Shown piece after piece: positions 31,765 through 42,114 of a stretch of DNA of 64,000 nucleotides. Under the pieces are notes generated by a model that was not told where the DNA came from, did not search any database, and saw only the letters and a program-made list of their open reading frames with translations. Numbering within the stretch: the first letter of the stretch is position 1; every line of letters starts with the position of its first letter. Source of the stretch: Candidatus Latescibacterota bacterium. Its GTDB lineage: Bacteria > Latescibacterota > UBA2968 > UBA8231. Location of the stretch: assembly GCA_965223905.1 (NCBI GenBank), contig CBDCXV010000009.1, positions 32,001 to 96,000 on the forward strand, written 5' to 3'. Position numbers and translations under genes: made by a program.

Positions 31765-32907
31765 CTACCGGGGGTTCCGCTGGCGGTAGATCGAACCGGA
31801 CTTCACCACCGTGACCGGCTCCAGCACGCGGCTGGCGGTGCGGGAATGGCCGTAGGCGTCGTCGAGCCGGAACTCCCCTTGGCGCAGCTCGAAGAGCACG
31901 GCGTCCCCCCAGGCGCCGCTTCGCAGCGTGCCGATCTCCCCTTCCATGCCGACGACTGCGGCCGGAACCGAGGTGACCTTGGCGATGCAGTCGTCGAGAG
32001 GCAGCCCGAGGTGGAGGAACTTGTTGACGACGTTGGCCAGGTCGTAGACCGGGCCGTCGACGTTGTAGACGTGCAGGTCGGAGGAGATCGAGGTCGGCTG
32101 CACCCCCTGCTCGAGGGCGGTCTCGACCACCCCCCAGGAGAAGGAGCCGGCCCCGTGGCCGACGTCGAAGACCACCCCGCGGTCGAGCGCCTCGCGGACG
32201 GAGGCGCGGATCTTGCCGCCCTCGAGGATGCCGCAGGCCATGCCGTGGAAGCAGTGGGTTAGGATGTCCCCCTTCCCCATCACCGCGAGGATGTCGTCGA
32301 GGGAGTCGCACCAGGCGTCCTGCGGGTGCACCATGATCGGCAGGCCGGCGGCGGCGGCGGCCTCGCGGGCCCGCTGCAGCGGCGTCATGCCGGAGCGCTC
32401 GCTGACGATGGTGTGTTTGGTCAGCCGCACCTTGACCCCGAGGATGACGTCGCGGTGGCGCTCGATCATGGCGCAGGTCTTGGCGACGTCGGCGTACTCG
32501 GGGATCTCGAACTCGCCGATCTCCTGGGTCAGCATTCCCTGGGTGGAGACGTTGATCTGCGCCATGATGCGGGTGTCGCTGACGTCGATGACGAACTTGC
32601 GGAAACCGGGGAAGGTGTCGGCCCCGGCGGAGCCGGCGTCGACGACGGTGGTGGCTCCGCGCGCCAGGCAGGTCGAGTCGGGCTCGATACCGTAGTGGCT
32701 GACCCCGTGGAAGACGTGGACGTGCAGGTCGATCAGGCCCGGGGTCAGGATCAGGCCGCCGGCGTCGACGACCTCGCGCGCCTCCCCCGCCGGCAGGTCG
32801 TCCGCCACCTCGACCACCCGGCCGCCGGCGAAGGCGACGTCCTTGCGGCCGTGGATTCCCTCGGCGGGATCGACGAGGGTCCCTCCTTTTATCAGCAGGT
32901 CGTTCAT
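31765..32907 (-). CDS. Amidohydrolase/deacetylase family metallohydrolase (dihydroorotase-like)
   Basis: PGLIDLHVH, TTVVDAGSAG, GDILTHCFHG, FDVGHG, ISSDLH. Confidence 0.88.
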   Translation of the reverse strand: MNDLLIKGGTLVDPAEGIHGRKDVAFAGGRVVEVADDLPAGEAREVVDAGGLILTPGLIDLHVHVFHGVSHYGIEPDSTCLARGATTVVDAGSAGADTFPGFRKFVIDVSDTRIMAQINVSTQGMLTQEIGEFEIPEYADVAKTCAMIERHRDVILGVKVRLTKHTIVSERSGMTPLQRAREAAAAAGLPIMVHPQDAWCDSLDDILAVMGKGDILTHCFHGMACGILEGGKIRASVREALDRGVVFDVGHGAGSFSWGVVETALEQGVQPTSISSDLHVYNVDGPVYDLANVVNKFLHLGLPLDDCIAKVTSVPAAVVGMEGEIGTLRSGAWGDAVLFELRQGEFRLDDAYGHSRTASRVLEPVTVVKSGSIYRQRNPR

Positions 32908-32914
32908 CTCCGCA

Positions 32915-34036
32915 TCACCTCGTGGAAAAGCGGTACTCGGTTCGCTGCCTGTAGGTCTCGCCGGGGCGCAGGATGACGCTGGGAAACTGGGGCTTGTTGA
33001 CTGCGTCCGGGAAGTGCTGCGTCTCGAGGCAGAGCCCCTGGAAGCGCTGGTAGGTCACGCCCTCCTTGCCCCTGATCGGTTCCAGGTAGTAGCTGGTGTA
33101 GAGCTGCACCCCCGGCTCGGTCGTGAACAGCTGCATCACCCGCCCGCTGGCCGGGTCGAACGCCTCGGCGGAGAGGGCCGCCTCTTCGCCGCCGCCGTGA
33201 TCGAGGACGTAGTTGTGGTCGTAATGGACCTCGATGCCGGCGATGTCGGCGCCGATCCGCTTCGGACTTGTGAAGTCGAGGGGGGTGCCGGCGACCGGGA
33301 CGATCGCACCCGTCGGAACTCCTTCCCCGCCCCGCTCCGTCGCCATGGCCGCGTGGATCACCAGCTCGTGGCCGAAGATGTCGCCCGCGGCGGCGCCGGA
33401 CAGGTTGAAATAGCTGTGGTTGGTGAGGTTGACGGGGGTCGCCTTGTCCGTCGTCGCCTCGTACTCGATGCGCATGCCGTCCGCCTCGGTGAGAACGTAG
33501 GTCACCGCCATCGACAGGTTTCCCGGGTACCCCTCCTCGCCGTCGGGGCTGAGATAGGTGAAGCGGACCGCCGGGCCGTCGGGGTGGTCGACCGCCTCGC
33601 CGCTCCAGAGCCTCCGGTGCAGGCCGACCTCTCCGCCGTGCAGGTGGTGCTCGCCGAAGTTGCGGGCCAGCTGGTAGGTCGTCCCGTCGAGCACGAACTG
33701 CGCCCCGCTGATGCGGTTGGCCACCCGGCCGGTGGTGCAGCCCATGAAGGGGGGGTTGGCCTCGTACTCGGCGGCGGTGTCGAATCCCAGCAGGACGTCG
33801 GCGAGGGCGCTGTCGCGGTCCCTGACGTGCAGCTCGGTCGCCGTCGCCCCGAGGGCTATGGTCCTGAGGATGCTGCCGTTGCCGTTGGTCAGGGTGAAGC
33901 GGTCGACGGCGCGGCCGTCGCTCATCGTTCCCAAGGTATCCCGTGTAACCGAGCTCACGTCTGAATCTCCCGGGGTGGGGTGCGGAACGCCGGCGCACAG
34001 AACCGCCAGAAGGGCGCCGGCTCTTCTCCAGTGCAT
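32915..34036 (-). CDS. galM: Aldose 1-epimerase (galactose mutarotase), with signal peptide
   Basis: GRVANRI, HLHGG, EEGYPGN, NLTNHSYFNL, YDHNY, CLETQHFPD. Confidence 0.92.
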   Translation of the reverse strand: MHWRRAGALLAVLCAGVPHPTPGDSDVSSVTRDTLGTMSDGRAVDRFTLTNGNGSILRTIALGATATELHVRDRDSALADVLLGFDTAAEYEANPPFMGCTTGRVANRISGAQFVLDGTTYQLARNFGEHHLHGGEVGLHRRLWSGEAVDHPDGPAVRFTYLSPDGEEGYPGNLSMAVTYVLTEADGMRIEYEATTDKATPVNLTNHSYFNLSGAAAGDIFGHELVIHAAMATERGGEGVPTGAIVPVAGTPLDFTSPKRIGADIAGIEVHYDHNYVLDHGGGEEAALSAEAFDPASGRVMQLFTTEPGVQLYTSYYLEPIRGKEGVTYQRFQGLCLETQHFPDAVNKPQFPSVILRPGETYRQRTEYRFSTR

Positions 34037-34141
34037 GCGATTTCTCCCGTGGGTTGGGGAGGCAACAGGTTATTGCAGCCCGGGCTCGGGCAGTCAGCTG
34101 GAAGTTCAGGATTTCCGGGGTCGCCCGGACGAGCGATCCTG

Positions 34142-35491
34142 TCAGGCCGTTGCCTGAACCTCCGGGTCCTCCGCCTCTCCCCGGTTCACGAAACCGTGGT
34201 TCACAAGCACCGAAGTTACGGCCAGGGGTGATACGCCGAATCGCTCCGCGGCTTCCTCCCTTGCATCCTCCGAGAAGTCCTCCTCCAGGAAACGGACCAG
34301 GCTCTCGACGGGACACAGAAGCTCCGCCGCAAATGCGCGCTGCATTTTCTGCCGGTAAGTATAGGCGCCGGTCGCCGGACGGAGCCGGTCCTCCGTCGGG
34401 ACCAACAGGCTGTCGGCGAGCAGGCGCGCTACCTCGAAGCGCCTTCCGGTTTTCCATTTCGAGCGCAGGACGGCGCGGCTTCCTCGATCTCCCTCATGAA
34501 GCGCGAAGGCCATTTCACCGTTGGCGATGCCATCGGCTAATGCTCTTTCCTCCACGCCGTACAACGCGGCAAGTCGACGGTCCGATACCGGATTGTCTCC
34601 CAGCCCCTCTCTCCGTCGCAAGGTGTTTGCCGCACCGGCACCGATCTCCCAGGGAGCCCTGTCTCGAAAACCGTTCCGTGAATTGGCCAGCGTCTCTGCC
34701 CTGTCACCGGGAGCGATGTCGAAGCCCGAACGTCCTCGTGCTGTCTCCTGAAAAACATGTGCAGTCAGAAACCGGTCGGCGACGACTTCGGTCATAGCTG
34801 CTCTTCCCAGCGTGTCGCCGTCAGCAATGACCTGCTCGACCTGCCCCGGGTCGGCTTCGTCCACGTCAAACCCAAGGCATGCCTCGATTTTTCGGTACAG
34901 GGTGGATTCAGGGTCGTTTCGCTCAGCCGACAATTCTTCCCATGCCGTGCAAAGGTCGTTACTGGGGGCAGACCATTCACCGAGCCGCTCGAGAACGCGT
35001 CCTACCAGGTCATCCACCCCGGCCTCGAACGTATCGACCGGGATCACACTGGTCTGATCGGCGATGTAGCGCAGCGGCTCCGCGCGCGTCTCCTGGGACG
35101 GTCGGGCATCCAACACGACCCGGAAGCCATCGGACTTGATTGTGACATTCGGCCACAGCCATCCTCCACCAATGCCGGCCAGCTCATGGGCTTGCCGCCA
35201 ACCCGTGCTCCTGTCCCGTTGGAAATTTTGATGAGCAGGCTCCCAGCGAAGACGCCACCAGTTCCAGGTCAGCCATTCGGCCAATCGATAGGCAGAGAGA
35301 TTTGCCCCGTTCTGCACCTGCCGTGTTTCGAGATCAACCACCTGGGAAAAGGCAGTCTCACCGATCTCGATGGATATCTCGGCAAGGGTCGCCTCATCTT
35401 CCATCGGATCAGGCATCCCGGTGATGTCGGGTCCTTGTTCACGACACCATTCGGCTGCGATACGGAAGGTCGTCATGTCCGGCGTTCCCAT
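34142..35491 (-). CDS. Protein with C-terminal ImmA/IrrE-like (DUF955) domain lacking HExxH
   Basis: GRRFEVARLLAD ... QRAFAAELLCP ... AAERFGVS. Confidence 0.7.
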   Translation of the reverse strand: MGTPDMTTFRIAAEWCREQGPDITGMPDPMEDEATLAEISIEIGETAFSQVVDLETRQVQNGANLSAYRLAEWLTWNWWRLRWEPAHQNFQRDRSTGWRQAHELAGIGGGWLWPNVTIKSDGFRVVLDARPSQETRAEPLRYIADQTSVIPVDTFEAGVDDLVGRVLERLGEWSAPSNDLCTAWEELSAERNDPESTLYRKIEACLGFDVDEADPGQVEQVIADGDTLGRAAMTEVVADRFLTAHVFQETARGRSGFDIAPGDRAETLANSRNGFRDRAPWEIGAGAANTLRRREGLGDNPVSDRRLAALYGVEERALADGIANGEMAFALHEGDRGSRAVLRSKWKTGRRFEVARLLADSLLVPTEDRLRPATGAYTYRQKMQRAFAAELLCPVESLVRFLEEDFSEDAREEAAERFGVSPLAVTSVLVNHGFVNRGEAEDPEVQATA

Positions 35492-35961
35492 TCATTGCCG
35501 ATAAAATCGGCGAAGCTGTCGCCCCTCTTCATCGGGTATCCGTGATACTGCCCGCGTTCTTTGTTGCTGAGTTGGGCTTCGTAGACAACGCCATCGCCAT
35601 CGACGGCCCGGACGTTTTCCGGCCAGTCCTTCCGTCTTCGCTCACTTACCATGCCTCGCCGGAACCCGGCCTTCAGCAGATCAGTTGCATTCAATCGATC
35701 ACCCGACCCCGGAGCGTCGCAGATCGTTTTGCCTGGAATAGGTTTCGGAGCCTCCTGCAAGCCTGAGGAACCCGGACGAGACTTGTGATAGTGGCTGGGG
35801 CAATAGCTGCAATTTGTTTCCATTCGTTCCAACTCGTCCGGGCTGATCGAACCTGCTGCCGCCAGCACGGCCTTCGGCTTCTGCTTGCTGCGCCTTTGAG
35901 GTCGTTTCACCCGCACGTCCCTTCGTTTGGAGTCGGCGGATGTAAATATAGCAACAACCAA
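35473..35961 (-). CDS. Small basic hypothetical protein, putative toxin; start uncertain
   Basis: YHK..ICD..GMVS..WP..V.AV..VYEAQL.N...YHGYPM; overlaps the downstream gene. Confidence 0.6.
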   Translation of the reverse strand: MVVAIFTSADSKRRDVRVKRPQRRSKQKPKAVLAAAGSISPDELERMETNCSYCPSHYHKSRPGSSGLQEAPKPIPGKTICDAPGSGDRLNATDLLKAGFRRGMVSERRRKDWPENVRAVDGDGVVYEAQLSNKERGQYHGYPMKRGDSFADFIGNEWERRT

Positions 35962-36008
35962 GGCCTATTCTGACGGTTTCCCTGCTGATTTTGCTACTTG
36001 GTCTTGCT

Positions 36009-36791
36009 TCAATCCCGCGGCAACGCCCGCAACAATCCCCGCTCGATCAGCCCTCGGAAATGCCTCGTCACACTCGCTGCCAGGGCGCGGTCCCGCACCA
36101 CCAGCCCCATCTCGATGTTCCGGTCCAACGCCGCCTCCGTCAGGTTCGCCGAGGTGATGAACACCGTCTCCTCATCGGCCACCACCGCCTTGGCATGCAG
36201 CACTCCCGCCGGGCCGTCCGGCTGGAGCGACCTGGGATCGTAGAACACCTCCGGACGGCGCTCTCCCGGCCAGTCCTCGGACCAGAACCGGTCGGCGAAC
36301 CGCCGCACCAGATGTTCCTGTTCCGTGCTGTCCCCAACGCCCCGCTGGATGTTGAGCAGCAGCTTCACCTGCAAGGTCTCCACTTCGTCCATCCGCCGCG
36401 CCAGCACCTCGAAGGCCCGCTGGCCGTCGAAGTAGGCGTACGTCGACGCCCACACCGATCTCGCCGCCTGCCCCAGCAGTTCCTCGTACACCCGGCGGGT
36501 GTCCCTGGCGTGCAGCCCTGGCACTTCCGGGCCCGACCAGACGAGGTCGGGCGCAGGCACGCGCGCTACTGCTTCCTCGACCGTTCGGATCCAGGCACCT
36601 GCCGCTTTCCCGTCAATCCCACTCCCGCGCAACTCATCAACCACAGCGATCACGTCCTCCGCTCCCTCGCGCAGATTGAGCACTGAACTGACTGCAGCAG
36701 GTGTGCAGGGAAGCGGCAGCATGCCCGACTCGAGTGCGCTCGCCAGGCCGCGGCGCACGTGGGCCGGTAGCCGAAACAGGGACTCCGTCAC
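36009..36791 (-). CDS. drmC: DISARM phospholipase D-like nuclease DrmC
   Basis: LVWSGPE, LHAKAVVAD..FITSANLT..NIEMG (HKD motif); GTG overlaps the drmB stop. Confidence 0.9.
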   Translation of the reverse strand: MTESLFRLPAHVRRGLASALESGMLPLPCTPAAVSSVLNLREGAEDVIAVVDELRGSGIDGKAAGAWIRTVEEAVARVPAPDLVWSGPEVPGLHARDTRRVYEELLGQAARSVWASTYAYFDGQRAFEVLARRMDEVETLQVKLLLNIQRGVGDSTEQEHLVRRFADRFWSEDWPGERRPEVFYDPRSLQPDGPAGVLHAKAVVADEETVFITSANLTEAALDRNIEMGLVVRDRALAASVTRHFRGLIERGLLRALPRD

Positions 36792-38578
36792 CCGGGCGGC
36801 TCGAAGAAGGCCGCGCCCGGCACTCCCATGACCGGCACGACGAGGGCGCGGTCCAGGTAGTCGTTCCGCATCTCGCAGGAGGTCTCCGCCACGAGGGCGC
36901 ATCCATGGCAGGCCGCACCGTGAAGCAATCTCCCTTCGATGCTCTCTCCCGGCTGGTGGTGTGCGCAGATCGGGTCGTTCGAGCACAGCTCGCTCATGAG
37001 CAGCGCCTGGAACAGGTGGTCCTCGATGTGCCGGCCCTGCTGGACCAGGCCGCCGAGAGTCCCCTCCGCGTCCGGGCTCGCGGTGTAGAGGAGCAGGCCG
37101 TAGTCCTCGCCCGCACCGCCGACGTAGACCCGTTCGCGGATCGAGCTTGCAGGATATCCGCAGCGCATGGCCAGCGACTGGATCATCAGATGGGAGAGCG
37201 TATGCAAAAGCAGGTACGGACCTCCCGGAAAGGATCTCTCCGACTGCCGCTCCTCCATCCAGCGCCGGTGTCCGCTTTCCAACTGATCCAGCCGTTGCCG
37301 GACCGCATCCCTCGCGAGCCATGACCGCACCGCCTCCGGGCGAAGCTGCAGGAAGATGCCCTCGCCGCGGTTTTCCGTAGCGGGAAACCACTCCGGCTCC
37401 ACGGCCAGCTGGGCGAGCTCCACGTCGGTGTCGTACTCGCCGTTGATGTCCGGCATCACCGCCTCGAACCGGGAGAAAGCGGTCAGCGCCCGCACTTCTC
37501 GCAGGCGGTGCAGCTGGATTACCGCGGCGACCCCGGCGGCGAACTCCGAGGTGCGCCACAGCGGCTCGGGAAGACGCCGGGCGTGAAAGTCGGGATCGAC
37601 CGGCACGTCGTCGCCGTACCCCTCGGGCGCGGCGAGAATTGCCTCAAGCTCCACCTGCTTCACGGGCCGTTCTTCGCTGCTTCCGGTCTTGATCTCCTCG
37701 ATGGCCTGGAGGACTTCCTGGTCGTCGAAAGCTGCCAGGGCCTCGGCGTTCTTCGGCTTCCTCTTCACGAACGCGAGATCGCCGGCCTCCTCGACGATCG
37801 ACAGGTCGTCCCACAGTTCCCGCACTGCCTGCCCGACATCGCTTCCCCGGTCCGGAAGGGAGAGCACGCTGACGACCTGCGGGAAGTAGGCGTTGGACGC
37901 CGTCCGGATCAGCAGCCGGCTCGGCTGACCGCAGGCCTCGTTGGCATTGCGGCCCAGCCAGGGCCTGGCCCCCTGGCAGGTACCGAGGGGATTCATCTCC
38001 AGCTGTGTCGCCTCCGACAAACTCCTCCGCTTCCCGCATCCGCACCGGACGACGAGGTCAGCGAGGTCCCCCCCGGTGCTGCGCTCGTCCAGCCACAACT
38101 GCCTCTTGCAGGCGGCGTTCTCCTCATGCACGAAATACCACCAGTCCAGATCGTCCACATGCCCGTTGGGACATGCCCGGACGAAGCGGGTGGCGACCAC
38201 CTCGCGGCCGTCGAATCTCCTTCTCTGATCCAACCCCTTCCGGTGCACCAGCCGGCGCGATTGCTCGGGCTTGTCGCCGTCTCCCCCTTCCTGCACCACG
38301 AACCACTCGGGAAAGCGCCAGACACCGATTCCGCGGACAGGCTGGCTCGGGTCGGTCGATTCCGGTGGCGGCGCGTACAGCCTCGGCGCAGTCACAGCGG
38401 TCATATTCCGAACTTTCCGCGCCAGTCTCGGCTCCTGGATCTCTTCGAGGTCGCTTGTCTTCGGCCACGTCTCCAGGCCGCCGACAATCGCGGAGTCCTG
38501 GGGCAGGTCGATCAGTGCCCCGGGCCCGTAGCTCGTGATCACCTGGCTGCTGCGAATCTGTCCGTGCGCGCGGTTCAT
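36788..38578 (-). CDS. drmB: DISARM DUF1998 protein DrmB
   Basis: SQVITSYGPGALIDL, RFVRAC..GH, LLHTLSH, GTLGGL, CSNDPIC...ACHGC..ETSCE. Confidence 0.93.
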   Translation of the reverse strand: MNRAHGQIRSSQVITSYGPGALIDLPQDSAIVGGLETWPKTSDLEEIQEPRLARKVRNMTAVTAPRLYAPPPESTDPSQPVRGIGVWRFPEWFVVQEGGDGDKPEQSRRLVHRKGLDQRRRFDGREVVATRFVRACPNGHVDDLDWWYFVHEENAACKRQLWLDERSTGGDLADLVVRCGCGKRRSLSEATQLEMNPLGTCQGARPWLGRNANEACGQPSRLLIRTASNAYFPQVVSVLSLPDRGSDVGQAVRELWDDLSIVEEAGDLAFVKRKPKNAEALAAFDDQEVLQAIEEIKTGSSEERPVKQVELEAILAAPEGYGDDVPVDPDFHARRLPEPLWRTSEFAAGVAAVIQLHRLREVRALTAFSRFEAVMPDINGEYDTDVELAQLAVEPEWFPATENRGEGIFLQLRPEAVRSWLARDAVRQRLDQLESGHRRWMEERQSERSFPGGPYLLLHTLSHLMIQSLAMRCGYPASSIRERVYVGGAGEDYGLLLYTASPDAEGTLGGLVQQGRHIEDHLFQALLMSELCSNDPICAHHQPGESIEGRLLHGAACHGCALVAETSCEMRNDYLDRALVVPVMGVPGAAFFEPPG

Positions 38579-41500
38579 CTGTCCGCTTTTCTCCGGAATC
38601 CACCAAGGTCTTCCAGGAACAGGTTCACGTTGGGTTCGACATCCCTCATGGAACGGTTGGCCCGGAACTTTGCGTGATGCTCGGTTTCGAATTCCTTGTC
38701 CAGGATTTCGCGAAGCAGCGGCCGGGGATGCCGGAGCCCCGGGATTTCGTAGCGCTGATACTGGACCTCGACTCCGGCCGACCGGTAGTCGTCGATCACC
38801 TTGGTCCAGGAGTCGAGCAGGTCGACGACGCGGTTCTGCACGCTGCGCAAATACTGCTCGCGCTCTTCCTCGTCGGTGATCGGCTGCTGCCGCACCCGTT
38901 CGAGGAAGGCATCGAGCAGCAAGCGTTCCAACTCCGCGCGCACCTCGCCGATCCGCTTCACCTCCAGTGCCGGGGTCAGCTCTGGCCGCCCGTGTCGAGC
39001 GAGCGTTACCAGGGCCCCGGCGAACCCCCGGTCCAGGGCGCGCGCGGAAAACGGCGTGACGCTGCCGACCTCGACGGAGCGGTAGAAGGTCTCGTGGTAG
39101 TGTCGGAAACGCTCGTAGTGAGAGCGGTCCCGGGGTTTGTGGATGTTGAGCAGACTCACCACCAGGCCCGGCCGTTCGTCGTCGCGACCGATGCGGCTCG
39201 TGGCCTGGATGTACTCGTCGTGGCGCAAGGGCTGCCCCAGCACGACCATCAGGCCGAGCCGTTGAATGTCCAGTCCCACGGAGATCATGTTGGTGGCGAT
39301 TGCGCAGTCGACGCGGTCATTCTCGTGGAAGCCGCATTCCAGCCGGCGGCGGGCCTCGGCCACCTTGTCCGTGGAGACGCGCGACGTCAGCTCCACCACT
39401 TCGGAGAAGGTCCTCCGGTCCCGGAACAGCCCGGTCGTCTCACCGATTCGCTTGCGGATTCCGTAGCCCTTGATGGTGTTCTGGATTTCCTCTTCGAGAA
39501 TGCGCCGGGCGCCGCCCAACTCCTTCAGGCTGTTGAAGTAGCCCAGAACCGTCATGTACGGGTCGGCCGGGTTCTCCTTGTTGGGGCGCCCTCCCGCTTC
39601 CACGTAGGCCTTCTGGGCGGTTCCCATCAGCGCCAGCCAGGCCCTGCGCATGATCACCTTGGGGTTCCGGCCCTGGGCCGCGATCCCAACGTATACCCGG
39701 CCGGGCACATTGGCGGTCGCCGTGCGCGCGAAGAAGGAGTCGCGCCGATCCGGGCCGGGGGCGGGGAAAACCTGTGTCAGCGAGCGGCCGAAGAGCGCCT
39801 GGATCTGGTCCTGTGCCTGCCTGACGGTGGCGGTGGAAGCGACGATCTTGGGCCGGAAGGCATTCCCCCCGGTCCCGCGCACACACAGGGCTTCGATCGC
39901 CGCTTCGTACAGTCCGGCCATCGTTCCCAATGGCCCGGAGATCAGGTGCAGCTCGTCCTGGATCACCAGGTCGGGCGGCAGCAGCGGGGCAGGCAGCCGG
40001 GTTCCCCTTCCCGTGTCGGTGGCGCCGTAGAAGCCGCTCCCGTCATATCGGTCCGCACCCCCAAGAAGTGCGCCGGAGGGTCCCATCCAGGGCAGCGACG
40101 CGAACTTGTCCACCGTGGCGATCAGAAAGGCGGGCAGGCGCCGGTAGATCGGCTCGTCGACGGCCAGGATCGGCAACGCACGGTCCCCGCTGAAGTCGCA
40201 CTCGAAGTTCATGCACACGATCCGCAGCTCGCGCGGCTGGTCATCGTTGGGCAGCAGCGCGAACGAGTCCGGTCCGAACGGATCTCCGCACCAGGGGCAG
40301 CTCTCCAACGGGACCGGCGACGGCTTTCCTCTTGGGTCTGCTTTGTACTGCCTCACCTTGGTGCGCGCGGAGTCCGAGCGGCCGTCCCCTTTTTTTCCGA
40401 GAAGGTTGGGTGTTGCCGCCTTGCCTACCCAGAGCCCGATCTCGAAGGGCCAGTCGCCGTAGCGGCCTCCCGCCTCGGCACGTTCCAGCTCCAGTGCACA
40501 GACCAGACCCGAGGCGCGCGCGAGCTGATCGAGGGTCAGAAGTCGCAGGGTATAGCGCATGATCACGCTCACCCCGGCGGCCGCACATCCCTGCGCATCC
40601 GGATGGCGCAGTCTTCTCAGCACCATGGCAAACGCCGCAAGGCCGAGATAGGCTTCGGTCTTGCCGCCGCCGGTGGGGAAGAACAGCAGGTCCACCGTCT
40701 CGCGATCCTTGTCGGCCGGGTCAATCAGCCCGGGGAGATTCAGCAGGATGAAGGCGAGCTGAAACGCCCGCCAGCCCGGCTCTTCGATGCCCAGACGCTG
40801 GCGCAGCGCCCGCGCCACCGCCCGGTTAGCCACCCGGAATGCATCGAGCGCGTCTTCGTCGGCAACCAACACGGCGATCCCGCGCTCGATCCGGTCAGCC
40901 GCGAGGTCGGCCAACCGCAGCAGCTCCGCTGCTGTCTCACGGCGAGTTCCCTCCAAATCCTCGAGTTCCGCCTGCCTCGCTTCGCCCCAGGTGCGGTACT
41001 GGTCGACGAGCGGCCGTAGAGCGTCCTCGGCTGCCGCCCCGTCGGGCAGCGAGCCCAGGGCCTCCATCGCCAACTCGACCCCCGGCACCTCGGCGGTCTC
41101 CGTCTTTTCCACCTCGGCACGGGGGATCCACGCGGTCCGCAGGAGACGGCACTCGCCGTCGATGATCTCCCAGTCCGCCGATACGCCGTGGCCGGTAGCG
41201 TACGAGGGGGTGTCCGCGTAGTGGAGGTCGGCCACTCGATCATCCCAGCGATCGGCGCGCGTTCCCCGCAAATCCGGCCGCGGCACAAACGGGCGCCTAC
41301 CGCTCACTTTGAGCTCAGGCTGAAAGACATAGGCGCGGTCCGCATCGGTCTCCACAGGGGTCCGGTTGTTGACCAGGAAAACCGAAACCGACCGCGTTCC
41401 CGGAGGGATATGTTTCTCGAGATCCTGCGCAACGACCTTGCGCTCGACGACATGGAGCAGGAGACCGCCGGACTCAGGGACATCGCAGACAACAGGATCG

Positions 41501-41982
41501 TCGGATTCGGTGAGATTCAGGGTGAGCACCTCCAGGCGGGGGGTCCGCTGCCAGACGGACAGGGCCTTGCCGCCGTCATCTTCGACTTCCTCCGGGGCGT
41601 AGTCGCCCCAGGAGACGGCCACTTCCACCGAGTCGGCGTCTTCCGGGACGAGGAAGCTCAAGCCCATGGAGGAAGGGAAGTAACCCTTCCTGGCAGCCTT
41701 CTTTTCCTCGGTCGACTCTTCGGCGAGGCCAGCCGACTCCGGGACTTCCCCGTCCATGTCGTCATCTTCGTCCGCGTCGGCGCTCGTATCAGCTGCCGAG
41801 CCGGACGGGATCAAAAAACCGGCCAGGTACCAGTTCGAGGGACGCCGCCATCCAGGAAGGCGCTCGTCGGCCAGGGCATGGCCGACCCAGGGCCCAACCA
41901 GATCGAGATTCAGGGCCTCAATCAGGCGTTTGCGTACTTCGGCAGAGCTACCGGGTTTGCGGGTCTGGGGTTTGTCGGTCAC
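38575..41982 (-). CDS. drmA: DISARM helicase DrmA
   Basis: FPTGGGKTEAY, RYTLRLLTLDQ, QDELHLISGPLG, ASTAT, ATNMISVGLDI, YIQATSRIGR. Confidence 0.93.
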   Translation of the reverse strand: MTDKPQTRKPGSSAEVRKRLIEALNLDLVGPWVGHALADERLPGWRRPSNWYLAGFLIPSGSAADTSADADEDDDMDGEVPESAGLAEESTEEKKAARKGYFPSSMGLSFLVPEDADSVEVAVSWGDYAPEEVEDDGGKALSVWQRTPRLEVLTLNLTESDDPVVCDVPESGGLLLHVVERKVVAQDLEKHIPPGTRSVSVFLVNNRTPVETDADRAYVFQPELKVSGRRPFVPRPDLRGTRADRWDDRVADLHYADTPSYATGHGVSADWEIIDGECRLLRTAWIPRAEVEKTETAEVPGVELAMEALGSLPDGAAAEDALRPLVDQYRTWGEARQAELEDLEGTRRETAAELLRLADLAADRIERGIAVLVADEDALDAFRVANRAVARALRQRLGIEEPGWRAFQLAFILLNLPGLIDPADKDRETVDLLFFPTGGGKTEAYLGLAAFAMVLRRLRHPDAQGCAAAGVSVIMRYTLRLLTLDQLARASGLVCALELERAEAGGRYGDWPFEIGLWVGKAATPNLLGKKGDGRSDSARTKVRQYKADPRGKPSPVPLESCPWCGDPFGPDSFALLPNDDQPRELRIVCMNFECDFSGDRALPILAVDEPIYRRLPAFLIATVDKFASLPWMGPSGALLGGADRYDGSGFYGATDTGRGTRLPAPLLPPDLVIQDELHLISGPLGTMAGLYEAAIEALCVRGTGGNAFRPKIVASTATVRQAQDQIQALFGRSLTQVFPAPGPDRRDSFFARTATANVPGRVYVGIAAQGRNPKVIMRRAWLALMGTAQKAYVEAGGRPNKENPADPYMTVLGYFNSLKELGGARRILEEEIQNTIKGYGIRKRIGETTGLFRDRRTFSEVVELTSRVSTDKVAEARRRLECGFHENDRVDCAIATNMISVGLDIQRLGLMVVLGQPLRHDEYIQATSRIGRDDERPGLVVSLLNIHKPRDRSHYERFRHYHETFYRSVEVGSVTPFSARALDRGFAGALVTLARHGRPELTPALEVKRIGEVRAELERLLLDAFLERVRQQPITDEEEREQYLRSVQNRVVDLLDSWTKVIDDYRSAGVEVQYQRYEIPGLRHPRPLLREILDKEFETEHHAKFRANRSMRDVEPNVNLFLEDLGGFRRKADR

Positions 41983-42114
41983 GAGGACTTCCTGTATCGG
42001 GGTTGGCTTCGATGAGTCGATGGAACCGGACTAGAATTCCAGGTAGGTCGGTTTCACCGCCGTTTCTCCGGTCGCATAGCCTTGCGCCGTCGGCAAATGC
42101 CCCAATGCGAAAGG

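Noticed and set aside
36792-37559. 516-aa version of the PLD ORF
   Set aside because: The extension overlaps drmB out of frame; the GTG at 36791 coupled to the drmB stop gives a normal DrmC
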